64,000 nucleotides of DNA from Candidatus Latescibacterota bacterium (GCA_965222605.1 OZ244960.1:6240001-6304000), one strand, 5' to 3'. Counted from the first letter of the stretch, positions 10,051-19,662 are shown. A program made the numbers and translations. The notes: generated by a model from the letters alone, not told the origin.

Positions 10051-10120
10051 CGGGTTTCCGCACGTGTTCAGTCTGGTCCCCTCCCACCAGATTGGGCGTC
10101 TCGCGGAAGCCCGCTTTTTT
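10051..10120 (+). terminator. long GC hairpin with U-tail (terminator or small RNA)
   Basis: CGGGTTTCCGC..TCAGTCTGGT-cccctccc-ACCAGATTGG..GCGGAAGCCCG followed by CTTTTTT. Confidence 0.55.
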
Positions 10121-10124
10121 GTGG

Positions 10125-10199
10125 TTGACACATCCATTTTCAAAGCGTTAATTCTTATCCGGCAAAAGGCTTGACAGTCTGGACCTCCGTTTGTATCCT
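10125..10199 (+). promoter_or_regulatory. two tandem sigma70-like promoters for the Mo-hydroxylase operon
   Basis: TTGACA-17-TTAATT (10125/10148) and TTGACA-17-TATCCT (10171/10194). Confidence 0.55.
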
Positions 10200-10301
10200 T
10201 AGCTTCTTAACAAAATTCAAAAGCATCCGCAGATGATCCCTGTGAAAACGGGTAATAAACGCAGATAAAATCTGTGGTTTTAATAAAGAGGAGGAAAAAT
10301 T

Positions 10302-11177
10302 TTGAACGCATTTGATTATGAAGCACCCCAGTCTGTAGATGAGGCTATTTCTCTGCTTAGCGCGGGAAATGGCAATGTCGGCATTTTGGCGGGTGGCACG
10401 GACTTGATCGCGCAGTTGCAGGAGGGGCGCAAGATCGATTTGATGCTCGATCTCAAGCAGATTCCCGAAGCAACGGCGTTGAGTTTTGATGAGGACAGCG
10501 GTTTGAGCATTGGCGCGGCAACACCGTGTTCCAAAATTTACAGTTATGATGTTGTCCAAAGCCGTTATCCTGCGCTTGTGGATTGTACTTCGCTCATCGG
10601 TTCTATTCAGATTCAAAACCGCGGAACAGTTGGGGGCAATTTCTGCAATGCCTCGCCCGCAGCGGATACCCCACCTGCTGTCATTGTCCTGGGCAGCACA
10701 TGTCGTATTGCAGGGGCAAATGGCACGCGCGAAGTCGCCGCGGAAGATTTCTTTACCGGTCCCGGGCAAAGTGTTCTTCAATCCGGCGAGTTTCTCATTT
10801 CTATTCAGGTGTCAACGCCTGCTGCCAATTCGGGAGCATTTTTCCTGCGATTCATTCCGCGCAATGAAATGGATATTGCCGTGGCCAATGCTGCGGCGTC
10901 TGTGGTTTTGGACAGCGATAAAACGACCATTCAAGAGGCGCGGGTGTCAATTGGAGCCGTTGCACCCACACCCTTGCTCGTTGCCGATGCAGGCGCAGCA
11001 CTTGCAGGGAAAGCAGTAGATGATGAAGACGCAATAGAAGCGGCTTGTGAGGCATCTCGCGCAGCAGCCAGGCCAATTAGCGATATGCGGGGAACTATCG
11101 AACAGCGGATTCACCTGTCCGGCGTTTTGACGCGCCGCGCCATTCAGGGAGCCATTCAGAGAGCAAAGGAGTCTTGA
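10302..11177 (+). CDS. xanthine dehydrogenase/CoxM-family FAD-binding subunit
   Basis: LAGGTDL, IGSIQIQNRGTVGGNFCNASPAAD, PISDMRGT; RBS GAGGAGG with TTG start. Confidence 0.92.
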   Translation: MNAFDYEAPQSVDEAISLLSAGNGNVGILAGGTDLIAQLQEGRKIDLMLDLKQIPEATALSFDEDSGLSIGAATPCSKIYSYDVVQSRYPALVDCTSLIGSIQIQNRGTVGGNFCNASPAADTPPAVIVLGSTCRIAGANGTREVAAEDFFTGPGQSVLQSGEFLISIQVSTPAANSGAFFLRFIPRNEMDIAVANAAASVVLDSDKTTIQEARVSIGAVAPTPLLVADAGAALAGKAVDDEDAIEAACEASRAAARPISDMRGTIEQRIHLSGVLTRRAIQGAIQRAKES

Positions 11178-11181
11178 TCGC

Positions 11182-11658
11182 ATGCCAGGAAAAGTTCACG
11201 TTACAACGACAATCAATGGAGAATCAGTCGAGTTTTTGTGCGAACCTCGGCAGACAATTCTCGAAGTTTTGCGAGACCAACTCGATCTTACGGGCACGAA
11301 AGAGGGCTGCAGCAACGGCAACTGCGGCGCGTGTAGCATACTGGTCAATGGACAGGTTATCGATTCCTGTCTGATGATGGCCGTCGAAGCCGAAGGGCAG
11401 GAACTCACGACGATTGAAGGCGTTGCAAGTGCCGATGGTTTGCATCCTCTTCAGCAGAAATTTCTCGAACACGCAGCTCTCCAGTGCGGTATTTGTACGC
11501 CGGGCTTTATTGTAGCCGCCAAAGCGTTGCTCGATCAAGAGTCAAATCCTTCTGAAGAACGCATTCGGTTATACTTAGCGGGGAACCTGTGCCGTTGTAC
11601 GGGGTATGACAAAATCGTTCGCGCGGTACAAGACGCCGCATCTGTCATGGCCGAATAG
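11182..11658 (+). CDS. (2Fe-2S)-binding subunit (CoxS/XdhC-like)
   Basis: GTKEGCSNGNCGAC, QCGICTPG, GNLCRCTGY. Confidence 0.95.
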   Translation: MPGKVHVTTTINGESVEFLCEPRQTILEVLRDQLDLTGTKEGCSNGNCGACSILVNGQVIDSCLMMAVEAEGQELTTIEGVASADGLHPLQQKFLEHAALQCGICTPGFIVAAKALLDQESNPSEERIRLYLAGNLCRCTGYDKIVRAVQDAASVMAE

Positions 11659-11673
11659 GGAGGTGATCCCATA

Positions 11674-13968
11674 ATGGCGACAAAAACAGAAGATTATCTG
11701 GGCATTACAGATTACAAAGTTATTGGCACCCGTCCGATCCGGCACGATGGCGTCGATAAAGTCGTCGGTCGGGCAAAATACGGTGCAGATATCGATATGG
11801 CTGGCATGTTGCACGGGGCAGTTGTGCGCAGCCCACACGCGCATGCGCGGATCAAATCGATAGATACGAGCAAGGCAGAAGCACTTTCAGGTGTAAAAGC
11901 CGTGATCACGGTTGAAGACCTGCCATTGCAAGAAGACAAAATTGAAGACCTCGGCGAAGGTGCTGCAAATCTCCGCCATCTGCGCGCAAATGTGCTGGCC
12001 GATGGCAAGGTATTGTACCACGGACATGCCGTGGCTGGGGTTGCGGCAACAGATATTCACACGGCGCAGGAAGCCGTCGATTTGATCGATGTCGAATACG
12101 AGGTGCTACAACCCGTTTTAACTGTCCACGAAGCCATGGAAGAGGACGCACCTTTGCTTCTGGAAGACCAGACCACGCAGTCACTGGGCGAGGATACGGG
12201 GCAAAAAAGCAATGTGTGTACCCATTTTCGCCATGAATTGGGCGATGTAGAAAAGGGATTTGCAGAGGCGGAACTCGTCATTGAGCGAGAATTTGATACG
12301 GCGACGGTTCACCAGGGGTATATTGAACCCCAAAATGCCACGTCCTTGTGGGGTGCTGATGATCAGATCACGGTATGGTGCAGCACGCAGGGCGCTTTTA
12401 CCGTGCGCGAACAGACCGCGCAGATATTGGATGTGCCGGTTTCGCAGGTCAAGGTCGTTCCCATGGAAATCGGCGGTGGATTTGGAGGCAAAATTCGGAT
12501 TTATCTCGAACCTCTGGCCGCAATTCTGTCAAAAAAGACGGGACGCCCCGTCAAGATGGTCATGAGCCGAACGGAAGTTCTGCAGGCGACTGGCCCAACT
12601 GCAGGCTCTTTTATCAAGTGCAAAATGGGGATTGACAAAGCGGGCAAGCTCGTCGCCGCATATGCCTATATGGCGTATGAGTCGGGTGGTTTTCCCGGCA
12701 GTTGGGCGGCTCCAGGTGCCATGTGCATTTTCGCGCCCTACAATATTCCCAATGTGCTGATTGATGGTTATGAAGTGCTGGTCAATAAACCGCAGACCAT
12801 GGCTTATCGGGCACCCGGTGCCACCAATGCAGCTTTTGCTTCAGAAACGATTATCGACGAGATTTGCGAGCAATTGGATGTTGATCCACTCGAGTTTCGG
12901 CTCAACAATTCTGCCAGAGAAGGCACGCGACGCGCAGATGGTCCGGTTTATCCGCGAATTGGTAACGAGGAATGTGTCAAAATAGCCCTGTCTTCTGAGC
13001 ACTATGCGACGCAACTCGATGGCAAAAATCGCGGGCGCGGGATTGCTTCGGGTTTCTGGTTCAACGTAGGCTTGAAGTCGAGCGCTGCTGCCAGTGTAAA
13101 TTCCGATGGCACGGTCAGTCTAGTTGAGGGTTCTGCAGACATTGGCGGAACCCGAACATCTATTGCAATGCAATTGGCCGAAGTGCTCGGTATTCGGGCA
13201 GAAGATGTCAAACCACAGGTGGCTGATACGGATTCTATCGGCGATACAGATGTGACCGGGGGAAGCCGCACGACATTTGCAACCGGGTGGGCGGCCTATC
13301 AGTGCGCCCTGGATATTAAGGAGCAGTTGATCGAGCGCGCGGCGAAATTGTGGGAGATCTCGGCTGATGATGTGGTTTTCGACGATGGTACATTTTCTTC
13401 ATCTGACTCTTCTAAGACTGTCTCGTTCAAAGAGTTGGCCGGAATGCTTGACGAAACTGGTGGCCCCGTTATGGGCAGGGCAACCGTAAATCCGTCCGGC
13501 GTGGGTGGAGCTTTTGCGGTAATGATTGCCGATATCGAGGTCGATATCGAAACGGGTAAAGTGGAGATTTTGCGCGTCTCTATGATTCAAGACGCTGGCA
13601 AAGCTGTTTATCCCAGTTATGTCGAAGGGCAGATGCAGGGGGGAGCGGCACAGGGCATTGGCTGGGCGCTCAACGAAGAATATGCCTATAATGGAGATGG
13701 CCTTTTGACCAATGCGAGTTTGCTCGATTATCGGATGCCGACGTGCCTCGATTTGCCCATGATTGAGACCCATATCGTCGAAGTGCCAAATCCCGGTCAT
13801 CCCTACGGTGTACGAGGGGTGGGGGAAGTCCCGATTGTTCCGCCTGCTGCAGCAATTGCAAATGCGATTTACGATGCTGTAGGCGTGAGAATGACGAATT
13901 TGCCCATGTCACCTGGTGAAATTCTCAAAGCGTTGTGGGCAAAAAATGGGGGAAATGGGACAGCCTGA
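11674..13968 (+). CDS. xanthine dehydrogenase family molybdopterin-binding subunit
   Basis: RSPHAHARI, IGGGFGGK, AYRAPG, VEGQMQGG, GVRGVGE. Confidence 0.93.
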   Translation: MATKTEDYLGITDYKVIGTRPIRHDGVDKVVGRAKYGADIDMAGMLHGAVVRSPHAHARIKSIDTSKAEALSGVKAVITVEDLPLQEDKIEDLGEGAANLRHLRANVLADGKVLYHGHAVAGVAATDIHTAQEAVDLIDVEYEVLQPVLTVHEAMEEDAPLLLEDQTTQSLGEDTGQKSNVCTHFRHELGDVEKGFAEAELVIEREFDTATVHQGYIEPQNATSLWGADDQITVWCSTQGAFTVREQTAQILDVPVSQVKVVPMEIGGGFGGKIRIYLEPLAAILSKKTGRPVKMVMSRTEVLQATGPTAGSFIKCKMGIDKAGKLVAAYAYMAYESGGFPGSWAAPGAMCIFAPYNIPNVLIDGYEVLVNKPQTMAYRAPGATNAAFASETIIDEICEQLDVDPLEFRLNNSAREGTRRADGPVYPRIGNEECVKIALSSEHYATQLDGKNRGRGIASGFWFNVGLKSSAAASVNSDGTVSLVEGSADIGGTRTSIAMQLAEVLGIRAEDVKPQVADTDSIGDTDVTGGSRTTFATGWAAYQCALDIKEQLIERAAKLWEISADDVVFDDGTFSSSDSSKTVSFKELAGMLDETGGPVMGRATVNPSGVGGAFAVMIADIEVDIETGKVEILRVSMIQDAGKAVYPSYVEGQMQGGAAQGIGWALNEEYAYNGDGLLTNASLLDYRMPTCLDLPMIETHIVEVPNPGHPYGVRGVGEVPIVPPAAAIANAIYDAVGVRMTNLPMSPGEILKALWAKNGGNGTA

Positions 13969-14018
13969 TTTGTGTGTATCTGAATAGACCACTATGAACC
14001 CAACCCAAAGGGGGTAAC

Positions 14019-14615
14019 ATGAATCGAGTGATTTCAATATTCGCTGCCTGGGGACTGGTAGCCCTGATGGTGCTATGTGTTCCTCAGACAGCCGATGCCC
14101 TGGGGTTGGGGGTCAAAGCGGGCGTGAGTCTGACGCGCGAACCGCAGTTCACCTATTATGGCATGGGTGGACAATTTGACTCTCATCGATGGATGCTCGG
14201 TAGCAATCTCGATCTGGGATCTTTTATCTTGCCCAACTTGCATCTGCTGCCGGGCGTGGATATCGCGGTACAGGAGAATTTGCGCATTTATGTCGCCAAT
14301 CTGGATGTCGTTTACTTTTTTCATCAAACGCCAGTCGGACGAGCCTATATCGGTGGTGGTTTTGGAACCCACTTCTTTCGCCCAAAAATAGCGTCGGACG
14401 CCATAGAGTCAGATACAGCAGTAGAAGGGGCTGAAGATCTCTCTCTCGAGCGCCCACAAAACGATACCAAAATCAGCGTAAATATACCATTGGGATATCA
14501 GCGCAAATTGGGGCCGGTGTTGTCCTGGTTTGGCGAAATGAAACTCATCATTGCCGACGATGAAAAAGATAGCGCATTGCAATTCACAATCGGTTTTCAC
14601 TTTGGTAACGAATAG
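14019..14615 (+). CDS. outer-membrane beta-barrel protein
   Basis: Signal peptide (..QTADA), alternating beta strands, YIGGGFG, C-terminal QFTIGFHF. Confidence 0.7.
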   Translation: MNRVISIFAAWGLVALMVLCVPQTADALGLGVKAGVSLTREPQFTYYGMGGQFDSHRWMLGSNLDLGSFILPNLHLLPGVDIAVQENLRIYVANLDVVYFFHQTPVGRAYIGGGFGTHFFRPKIASDAIESDTAVEGAEDLSLERPQNDTKISVNIPLGYQRKLGPVLSWFGEMKLIIADDEKDSALQFTIGFHFGNE

Positions 14616-14624
14616 GAAGGATTT

Positions 14625-14723
14625 ATGGCGAGTGGTGAACGCAGAAAAGAGCTTCGTCGAAGGCGACAGAGGCAAAAAAAACGCCTTAAAGCGCGCCGTC
14701 GAGAAGGAAGAAGTGGGAAGTAA
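14625..14723 (+). CDS. 32-aa Arg/Lys-rich small protein (DUF6800-like)
   Basis: RBS AGGAAGG; MASGERRKELRRRRQRQKKRLKARRREGRSGK*. Confidence 0.6.
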   Translation: MASGERRKELRRRRQRQKKRLKARRREGRSGK

Positions 14724-14849
14724 GAACTAATAATAGGCATGGCGATTAAAAACGAATAAACAATAAGAACCCTTGCCATATATGCGATTTTTTGTACATT
14801 AAAAAGAATCGTATCAGACCCGTAGTGTCATTTTTCAGGAGGTTTTTCA

Positions 14850-15215
14850 ATGGCTAATCCCAAAGTCATCGCATATTTAAAGCCAGTCTGTGGTTGGAGC
14901 GGTGGTGTGCGCGCTGTTCTGACAAAATATGGATTGGAGTACGAAGACCGCGATATTATTAACAATCCCGACAACTATCGCGAGATGGTTATGAAGAGTG
15001 GGCAGCCCTTACAGCCCTGCGTACAGGTTGGGGATATGATGCTGGCCGATGTCAGCGGTGATGAGTTAGAAGGTTGGTTGATCGCAAATGGCTACCAGCC
15101 CGGAGGTCCAGATCCCGCGGTTCCGACGGATCGTTCCTGTACAGATGAAGAGCATGAAGCAATGGCGCGTACAGCACAGCAACCGACCATTGCCAACCCT
15201 CACTTTGGTCGATAA
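14850..15215 (+). CDS. glutaredoxin-like protein (monothiol CGWS)
   Basis: YLKPVCGWS, KSGQPLQPCV, RBS CAGGAGG. Confidence 0.8.
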   Translation: MANPKVIAYLKPVCGWSGGVRAVLTKYGLEYEDRDIINNPDNYREMVMKSGQPLQPCVQVGDMMLADVSGDELEGWLIANGYQPGGPDPAVPTDRSCTDEEHEAMARTAQQPTIANPHFGR

Positions 15216-15241
15216 AAACAAGGTGGTGGTTTTTTATTGTG

Positions 15242-15270
15242 AGGCGATCCTTAAGGGTCGCCTTTTTCTT
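15242..15270 (+). terminator. intrinsic terminator
   Basis: AGGCGATCC-ttaa-GGGTCGCCT followed by TTTTCTT. Confidence 0.65.
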
Positions 15271-15323
15271 TGGTGCGAATAAGAGCCATTTGCAGATACT
15301 TTTATATTTAGATTGTGAATACT

Positions 15324-16007
15324 ATGCGGACACGCGTTCTGAAAAAAGAGATTGCGGGATGTACTTTGTGCAAACGTCTGGTCGATTACTGTCGCTCCTT
15401 TGAGTTGGCGGAAAACCGCAAAATTGGCGATTGCGATTACTGGGCAAAACCCGTTCCGGGGTTTGGAGATGTCAATGCACAATTGCTCATTATTGGTCTG
15501 GCTCCCGGCGCACACGGAGCCAATCGCACGGGTAGGCCATTTACAGGCGATGGCGCTGGCGATGTGCTGTACCGCGCGCTCTTCCGGCACGGTTTTGCCA
15601 ATCGGGAAACCGCGGTTGATCTCCATGACGGCATGCGCCTGGACAATGTGTATATCACCAATGCCGTCAAGTGTGTTCCGCCTCAAAATCGCCCAAGAGC
15701 CGAAGAAAAGCGCGCGTGTCTCGACTGGCTCGCGCAGGAGATGACCTTCTTGCGTCGGGTGAAAATCGTTCTGGCAATGGGCAGGGATGCGTTTGATAGT
15801 TATCTTCGGTTGGAGAGAACAGCAGGGCGTGTGACGAGGTTGAACACCTATCGCTTCCAACACGGTGGCGTGTACCGGTTTGACGATAAGATCCTCGTGG
15901 CAACCTACCATTTTAGTCGTTACAATATGAATACGGGCGTTCTGACAGAAGATATGATCGATGTTTTGTTCCAGCGCGTGTGCGCATTGCTGTCGGAATC
16001 CACATAA
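15324..16007 (+). CDS. udg: uracil-DNA glycosylase, family 5 (Fe-S)
   Basis: CTLC, GLAPGAHGANRTGRPFTGD, TNAVKCVPPQNRP, YHFSRYN. Confidence 0.9.
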   Translation: MRTRVLKKEIAGCTLCKRLVDYCRSFELAENRKIGDCDYWAKPVPGFGDVNAQLLIIGLAPGAHGANRTGRPFTGDGAGDVLYRALFRHGFANRETAVDLHDGMRLDNVYITNAVKCVPPQNRPRAEEKRACLDWLAQEMTFLRRVKIVLAMGRDAFDSYLRLERTAGRVTRLNTYRFQHGGVYRFDDKILVATYHFSRYNMNTGVLTEDMIDVLFQRVCALLSEST

Positions 16008-16044
16008 GAGGCGGAGCAGGCTCTTTTCTATCTCACGTCTTGAT

Positions 16045-16590
16045 CTACAAGGTTGGATCGATGGGAGGATCCAGCACTGCGATGTAGGGGAGGTTGCGGT
16101 AAGCTTGATTGTAGTCGAGGCCATAGCCCACTACAAATTGGTTCGGAATGGTGAAACCGCAGTGATGGATGGGGACGGGTACAATTCTGCGGTCCGGTTT
16201 GTCCAGGAGGGTGCAAATACCGAGACTGCGTGGGTTTCTATCCTGTAATAACGCGAGAAGTGCAGAAATCGTGTGCCCAGTATCGACAATATCTTCGACG
16301 ATAAGCACATGGCGGTCGGCAATTTCAAGGCTGAGGTCTTTTGCAAATGTCACTGTGCCCGAACTATTTGTACCGATATAACTCGAAATAGCAATGAGAT
16401 CGAGTTCAATGGGACAGCTTATCGCACGCGAAAGATCGACTAAAAAGTAGAGGGCACCTATTAGAATACCCACGAGAACGACACCGTCTGGGTACTGTGC
16501 GGAAATTTCGGCACCGAGTTCACGAACGCGGTTTTGAATCGCTTTTTCGTCGATTAATATAGAACCGAGATGAGGGTCAAAATCCTGCAC
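16045..16590 (-). CDS. hpt: hypoxanthine phosphoribosyltransferase
   Basis: VLIVEDIVDTGHT, LLDKP, FVVGYGLDY..YRNLP; GTG start after GGGAGG. Confidence 0.93.
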   Translation of the reverse strand: MQDFDPHLGSILIDEKAIQNRVRELGAEISAQYPDGVVLVGILIGALYFLVDLSRAISCPIELDLIAISSYIGTNSSGTVTFAKDLSLEIADRHVLIVEDIVDTGHTISALLALLQDRNPRSLGICTLLDKPDRRIVPVPIHHCGFTIPNQFVVGYGLDYNQAYRNLPYIAVLDPPIDPTL

Positions 16591-16760
16591 TGGAAAAACC
16601 TCCCTGGGATAGAAGATAGAATAAATTAAACGATTTATTTTTTTAGTCAAAGAGAACCCTACCAAAAAAAACGTTGATCCATTAAAATGCGCGTTAATAA
16701 TTACTGTATGTTGTAGCGAGGGCGGCGTACATATTTTCTGCAGTATTTGAGAAGAACCCC

Positions 16761-16789
16761 TTGATTCAGATTTGTAAAAATGCTATATT
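16761..16789 (+). promoter_or_regulatory. sigma70-like promoter upstream of mutL
   Basis: TTGATT-17-(TG)cTATATT. Confidence 0.5.
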
Positions 16790-16795
16790 TGCGTC

Positions 16796-16925
16796 GAAGC
16801 TTGTGCTTCACAAAAAAACGCCTTGAATCTGCATGAGGGTAGCCCCGCAGGAAGTTTTCCGCTGTTTTAACACCGGGACTTCGACAACCATTTCGGCACC
16901 CGGCGGGTTAGGCGTTTTTTGTTTT
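16796..16925 (+). ncRNA. candidate structured leader/small RNA
   Basis: Closing stem AAAAAACGCC.TGAATCTGC / GCGGGTTA GGCGTTTTTT enclosing GGG-tag-CCC and CCGGG..CCCGG hairpins. Confidence 0.35.
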
Positions 16926-16948
16926 CTATTTTCACATCTATCCTCAAT

Positions 16949-18736
16949 ATGCCCAATAAAATTCGCATACTCCCGGATGATATTGCCAACCGCATCGCTG
17001 CTGGGGAAGTGGTTGAGCGACCTGCGTCTGTCGCAAAAGAACTGATTGAGAACTCTGTGGATGCGGGATCGGACCGCATTGTTGTTGAAGTTGCTGCCGG
17101 CGGCAAGGAAAGCCTGCGGGTCAGTGACAACGGATGCGGGATGTCGCGCGATGACGCGCTTTTGGCACTTGAACGACACGCGACGAGCAAAATTCAAAGT
17201 CTGGACGACCTGAAAGGGTTGCTCACACATGGATTCAGAGGCGAGGCATTGCCCAGTATTGCCGCTGTTTCGCGTATGACCCTTGAGACTCGCCTGGCAG
17301 ATGCAGTTGAAGGAACGCGAGTATCCGTGGTGGGCGGGCGCGTGCAGGATGTATCCGCGATTGGCCGGGGACAGGGTACGACCATTACATTGCACGGTCT
17401 GTTTTTTAATGTGCCCGCCAGGCGAAAATTTCTCAAAAGTGTCGATACGGAATTTCGACATATTGTGAACGCAGTGACGGCTATGGCCATGGCCTATCCC
17501 GAGATCGGGTTTGACCTCAAGCACAATGGACGCCAGGTGTTGCAACTTGGCAGGTCGCGCTTTGATCGGCGGGCAGAGCAGATATTTGGTGTGCGATATG
17601 GCGCAGATGCTATCGGGATTGAGAGCGTGGTGAGCGGGATTGAGGTTCGGGGCTTTGTGGGCAAGCCCGAGTCTGCGCGAAAATCCGGTGCTCAGCAGGT
17701 TTTGATTGTCAATAACCGATGGGTGCAACACAAAGCCATCGGTTTCGCAGTTTACGAAGGATATGGCGGGCTTTTGCCCAAGGGGCTTGCGCCATCATAT
17801 TGCCTCTGTCTGAGCATTGATCCGGCGCGTGTGGATGTCAATGTCCATCCTTCAAAGCGCGAGGTTCGCTTTGCCGATGAGCGGTCGATTTACAGCCTGA
17901 TCACCCAGGCGGTTCAACAATCGCTGCGCGGCGCGGATATAATCCCGGAAATGAGCGATGCTGTTATGCCCGTGGTCCCTGTGAGCATTGCAGAATCCCC
18001 CGAGATTACCTATCAGCCCGGGCAACCCAAAGTTGGCGGACAGCCCCAGATGGCATTGCCCCTGACGGTGAGAATGTCGCAGGGCAAGGCGAAGCGGGGA
18101 ACCGGGATTAATACCGATGGTCTTGATGAAGAGGATTTTGCGCGGGTTTCCGTATGGCAGTTGCACAGCAAGTATATTTTGGCGCATATCAAAAACGGTT
18201 TGATTGCGATTGACCAGCAGGTTGCTCACCAGAGGATTTTGTACGAACGCGCCATTGACAATATGCATACCCGTCCCGCGACGAGTCAGCGGCTGTTGTT
18301 TCCTCTTACGCTCGATTTCGGTGTCAAAGAAATTTTTATTGTCCGCGAGGCCATGCCGCTATTGGAAAAAATGGGGTTTGGTATTCGCGATTTTGGGGGA
18401 CATACGGTTGTTGTCGATGCCATTCCCATGGGGCTGAGAACGTGGCAAGACGGGCAGCTTTTGAGAGATATGATTCGCGATATGGCCGAAGCCGAGCAAG
18501 CGACTTCTGTTCCGCCTTCCGTGCAAGCGCGTCAGATCGCGCCCGAGGAACATCGGCTCGCATCGGTCTATGCCTGGCACACGTCAATTCGCACGGGTGA
18601 GGATTTATCGACAGAAGAAATGCGCGCGCTTATCGATCAGTTGTTCGCAACGCGAGAGCCTTTCGTCAGCCCTTATGGCAAACCAACGCTTGTGAAGATC
18701 GGGCTGGATGAAATCGACAATCGGTTTAAACGGTAG
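16949..18736 (+). CDS. mutL: DNA mismatch repair protein MutL
   Basis: IAAGEVVERPASVAKELIENSVDAG, RHATSK, GFRGEALPSI, VDVNVHPSKREVRF. Confidence 0.96.
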   Translation: MPNKIRILPDDIANRIAAGEVVERPASVAKELIENSVDAGSDRIVVEVAAGGKESLRVSDNGCGMSRDDALLALERHATSKIQSLDDLKGLLTHGFRGEALPSIAAVSRMTLETRLADAVEGTRVSVVGGRVQDVSAIGRGQGTTITLHGLFFNVPARRKFLKSVDTEFRHIVNAVTAMAMAYPEIGFDLKHNGRQVLQLGRSRFDRRAEQIFGVRYGADAIGIESVVSGIEVRGFVGKPESARKSGAQQVLIVNNRWVQHKAIGFAVYEGYGGLLPKGLAPSYCLCLSIDPARVDVNVHPSKREVRFADERSIYSLITQAVQQSLRGADIIPEMSDAVMPVVPVSIAESPEITYQPGQPKVGGQPQMALPLTVRMSQGKAKRGTGINTDGLDEEDFARVSVWQLHSKYILAHIKNGLIAIDQQVAHQRILYERAIDNMHTRPATSQRLLFPLTLDFGVKEIFIVREAMPLLEKMGFGIRDFGGHTVVVDAIPMGLRTWQDGQLLRDMIRDMAEAEQATSVPPSVQARQIAPEEHRLASVYAWHTSIRTGEDLSTEEMRALIDQLFATREPFVSPYGKPTLVKIGLDEIDNRFKR

Positions 18737-18738
18737 CC

Positions 18739-19662
18739 ATGGCCTCACTCCGAGATATTCTGGTGATTGCCGGACCGACGGCATCGGGCAAAACGGCTGT
18801 GGGCATTGAACTCGCGCAGAGATTAAACGGCGAAATCGTATCGGCAGATGCGCGGCAGATTTATCGTTTTATGGATATTGGGACAGCAAAGCCAACAGCC
18901 GAAGAGCGGGCTGCTGTGCGCCATCATCTCATTGATTTTGTCAATCCCGATAAAGACTATAGCGCCGGACAATTTGCCGAAGATGCATCTGTTGTGATTG
19001 AGGATATTCTGCGTCGCGGCAAGGTGCCCATTGTGGTCGGAGGGGCGGGGTTGTATATTCGCGCGTTGTTCGATGGCTTTTCGCCTATGCCAAAAATTCC
19101 GATAGAGATTCGCGCGCGATTGCAGGGGGAGGGGAGAGATTGTCTTCCCAAATTGTACAAAAGGTTGTGTGAGGTGGATCCAGAATGGGCTGCAAAAATT
19201 CAGGCGACCGATACACAACGCATCCTGCGCGGTTTAGAAGTCTATGAAGCATCGGGCAAACCGCTTTCTGAACATCAAAAGGTGCCGCCAATGCCGCCGA
19301 TTCTTCATGCGGTATCTTATTTTGGTTTGCGCTGGACGCGCGAAGTGCTCTATGAGCGGATTGATGCACGTGCGCGTCGCATGCTAGAGAATGGTCTGAT
19401 TAAAGAAGCAGCAGATATCCGTGACAGAGGTTACGCTCCCGATCTAAACGCGCTCAATGCGTTTGGATACCGCGAAATATTTCAATATCTCGATGGCGAG
19501 ACGACGCTTGATCGCGCGCTTGCCGATTTGCAACAAGGCACGCGACGCTACGCCAAACGACAGATGACATTTTTTCGCAGAGATAAGCGCATTATGTGGG
19601 TGGATGGCAGCGAAGCCGATGGTGTGGCAGATGCTATCTTAAAACAGCTTGAAAAATGTTGA
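18739..19662 (+). CDS. miaA: tRNA dimethylallyltransferase
   Basis: GPTASGKT, SADARQIY, DIGTAKP, RRYAKRQMTFFR; mutL-miaA synteny. Confidence 0.96.
   Translation: MASLRDILVIAGPTASGKTAVGIELAQRLNGEIVSADARQIYRFMDIGTAKPTAEERAAVRHHLIDFVNPDKDYSAGQFAEDASVVIEDILRRGKVPIVVGGAGLYIRALFDGFSPMPKIPIEIRARLQGEGRDCLPKLYKRLCEVDPEWAAKIQATDTQRILRGLEVYEASGKPLSEHQKVPPMPPILHAVSYFGLRWTREVLYERIDARARRMLENGLIKEAADIRDRGYAPDLNALNAFGYREIFQYLDGETTLDRALADLQQGTRRYAKRQMTFFRRDKRIMWVDGSEADGVADAILKQLEKC

Noticed and set aside
10302-13968. Aerobic CO dehydrogenase (coxMSL)
   Set aside because: The loop is AYRAPG, lacking the Cu-binding CSFR motif.
16796-16925. Assignment as 6S RNA or a named riboswitch
   Set aside because: It is too short for a typical 6S and has no consensus I can match confidently; kept only as an unnamed candidate.
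15234-17731. Long antisense ORFs (15234-16124, 16808-17731; likewise 25654-26538, 59698-60585, 61190-61960)
   Set aside because: They are shadow frames opposite well-supported genes and have no recognisable motifs.
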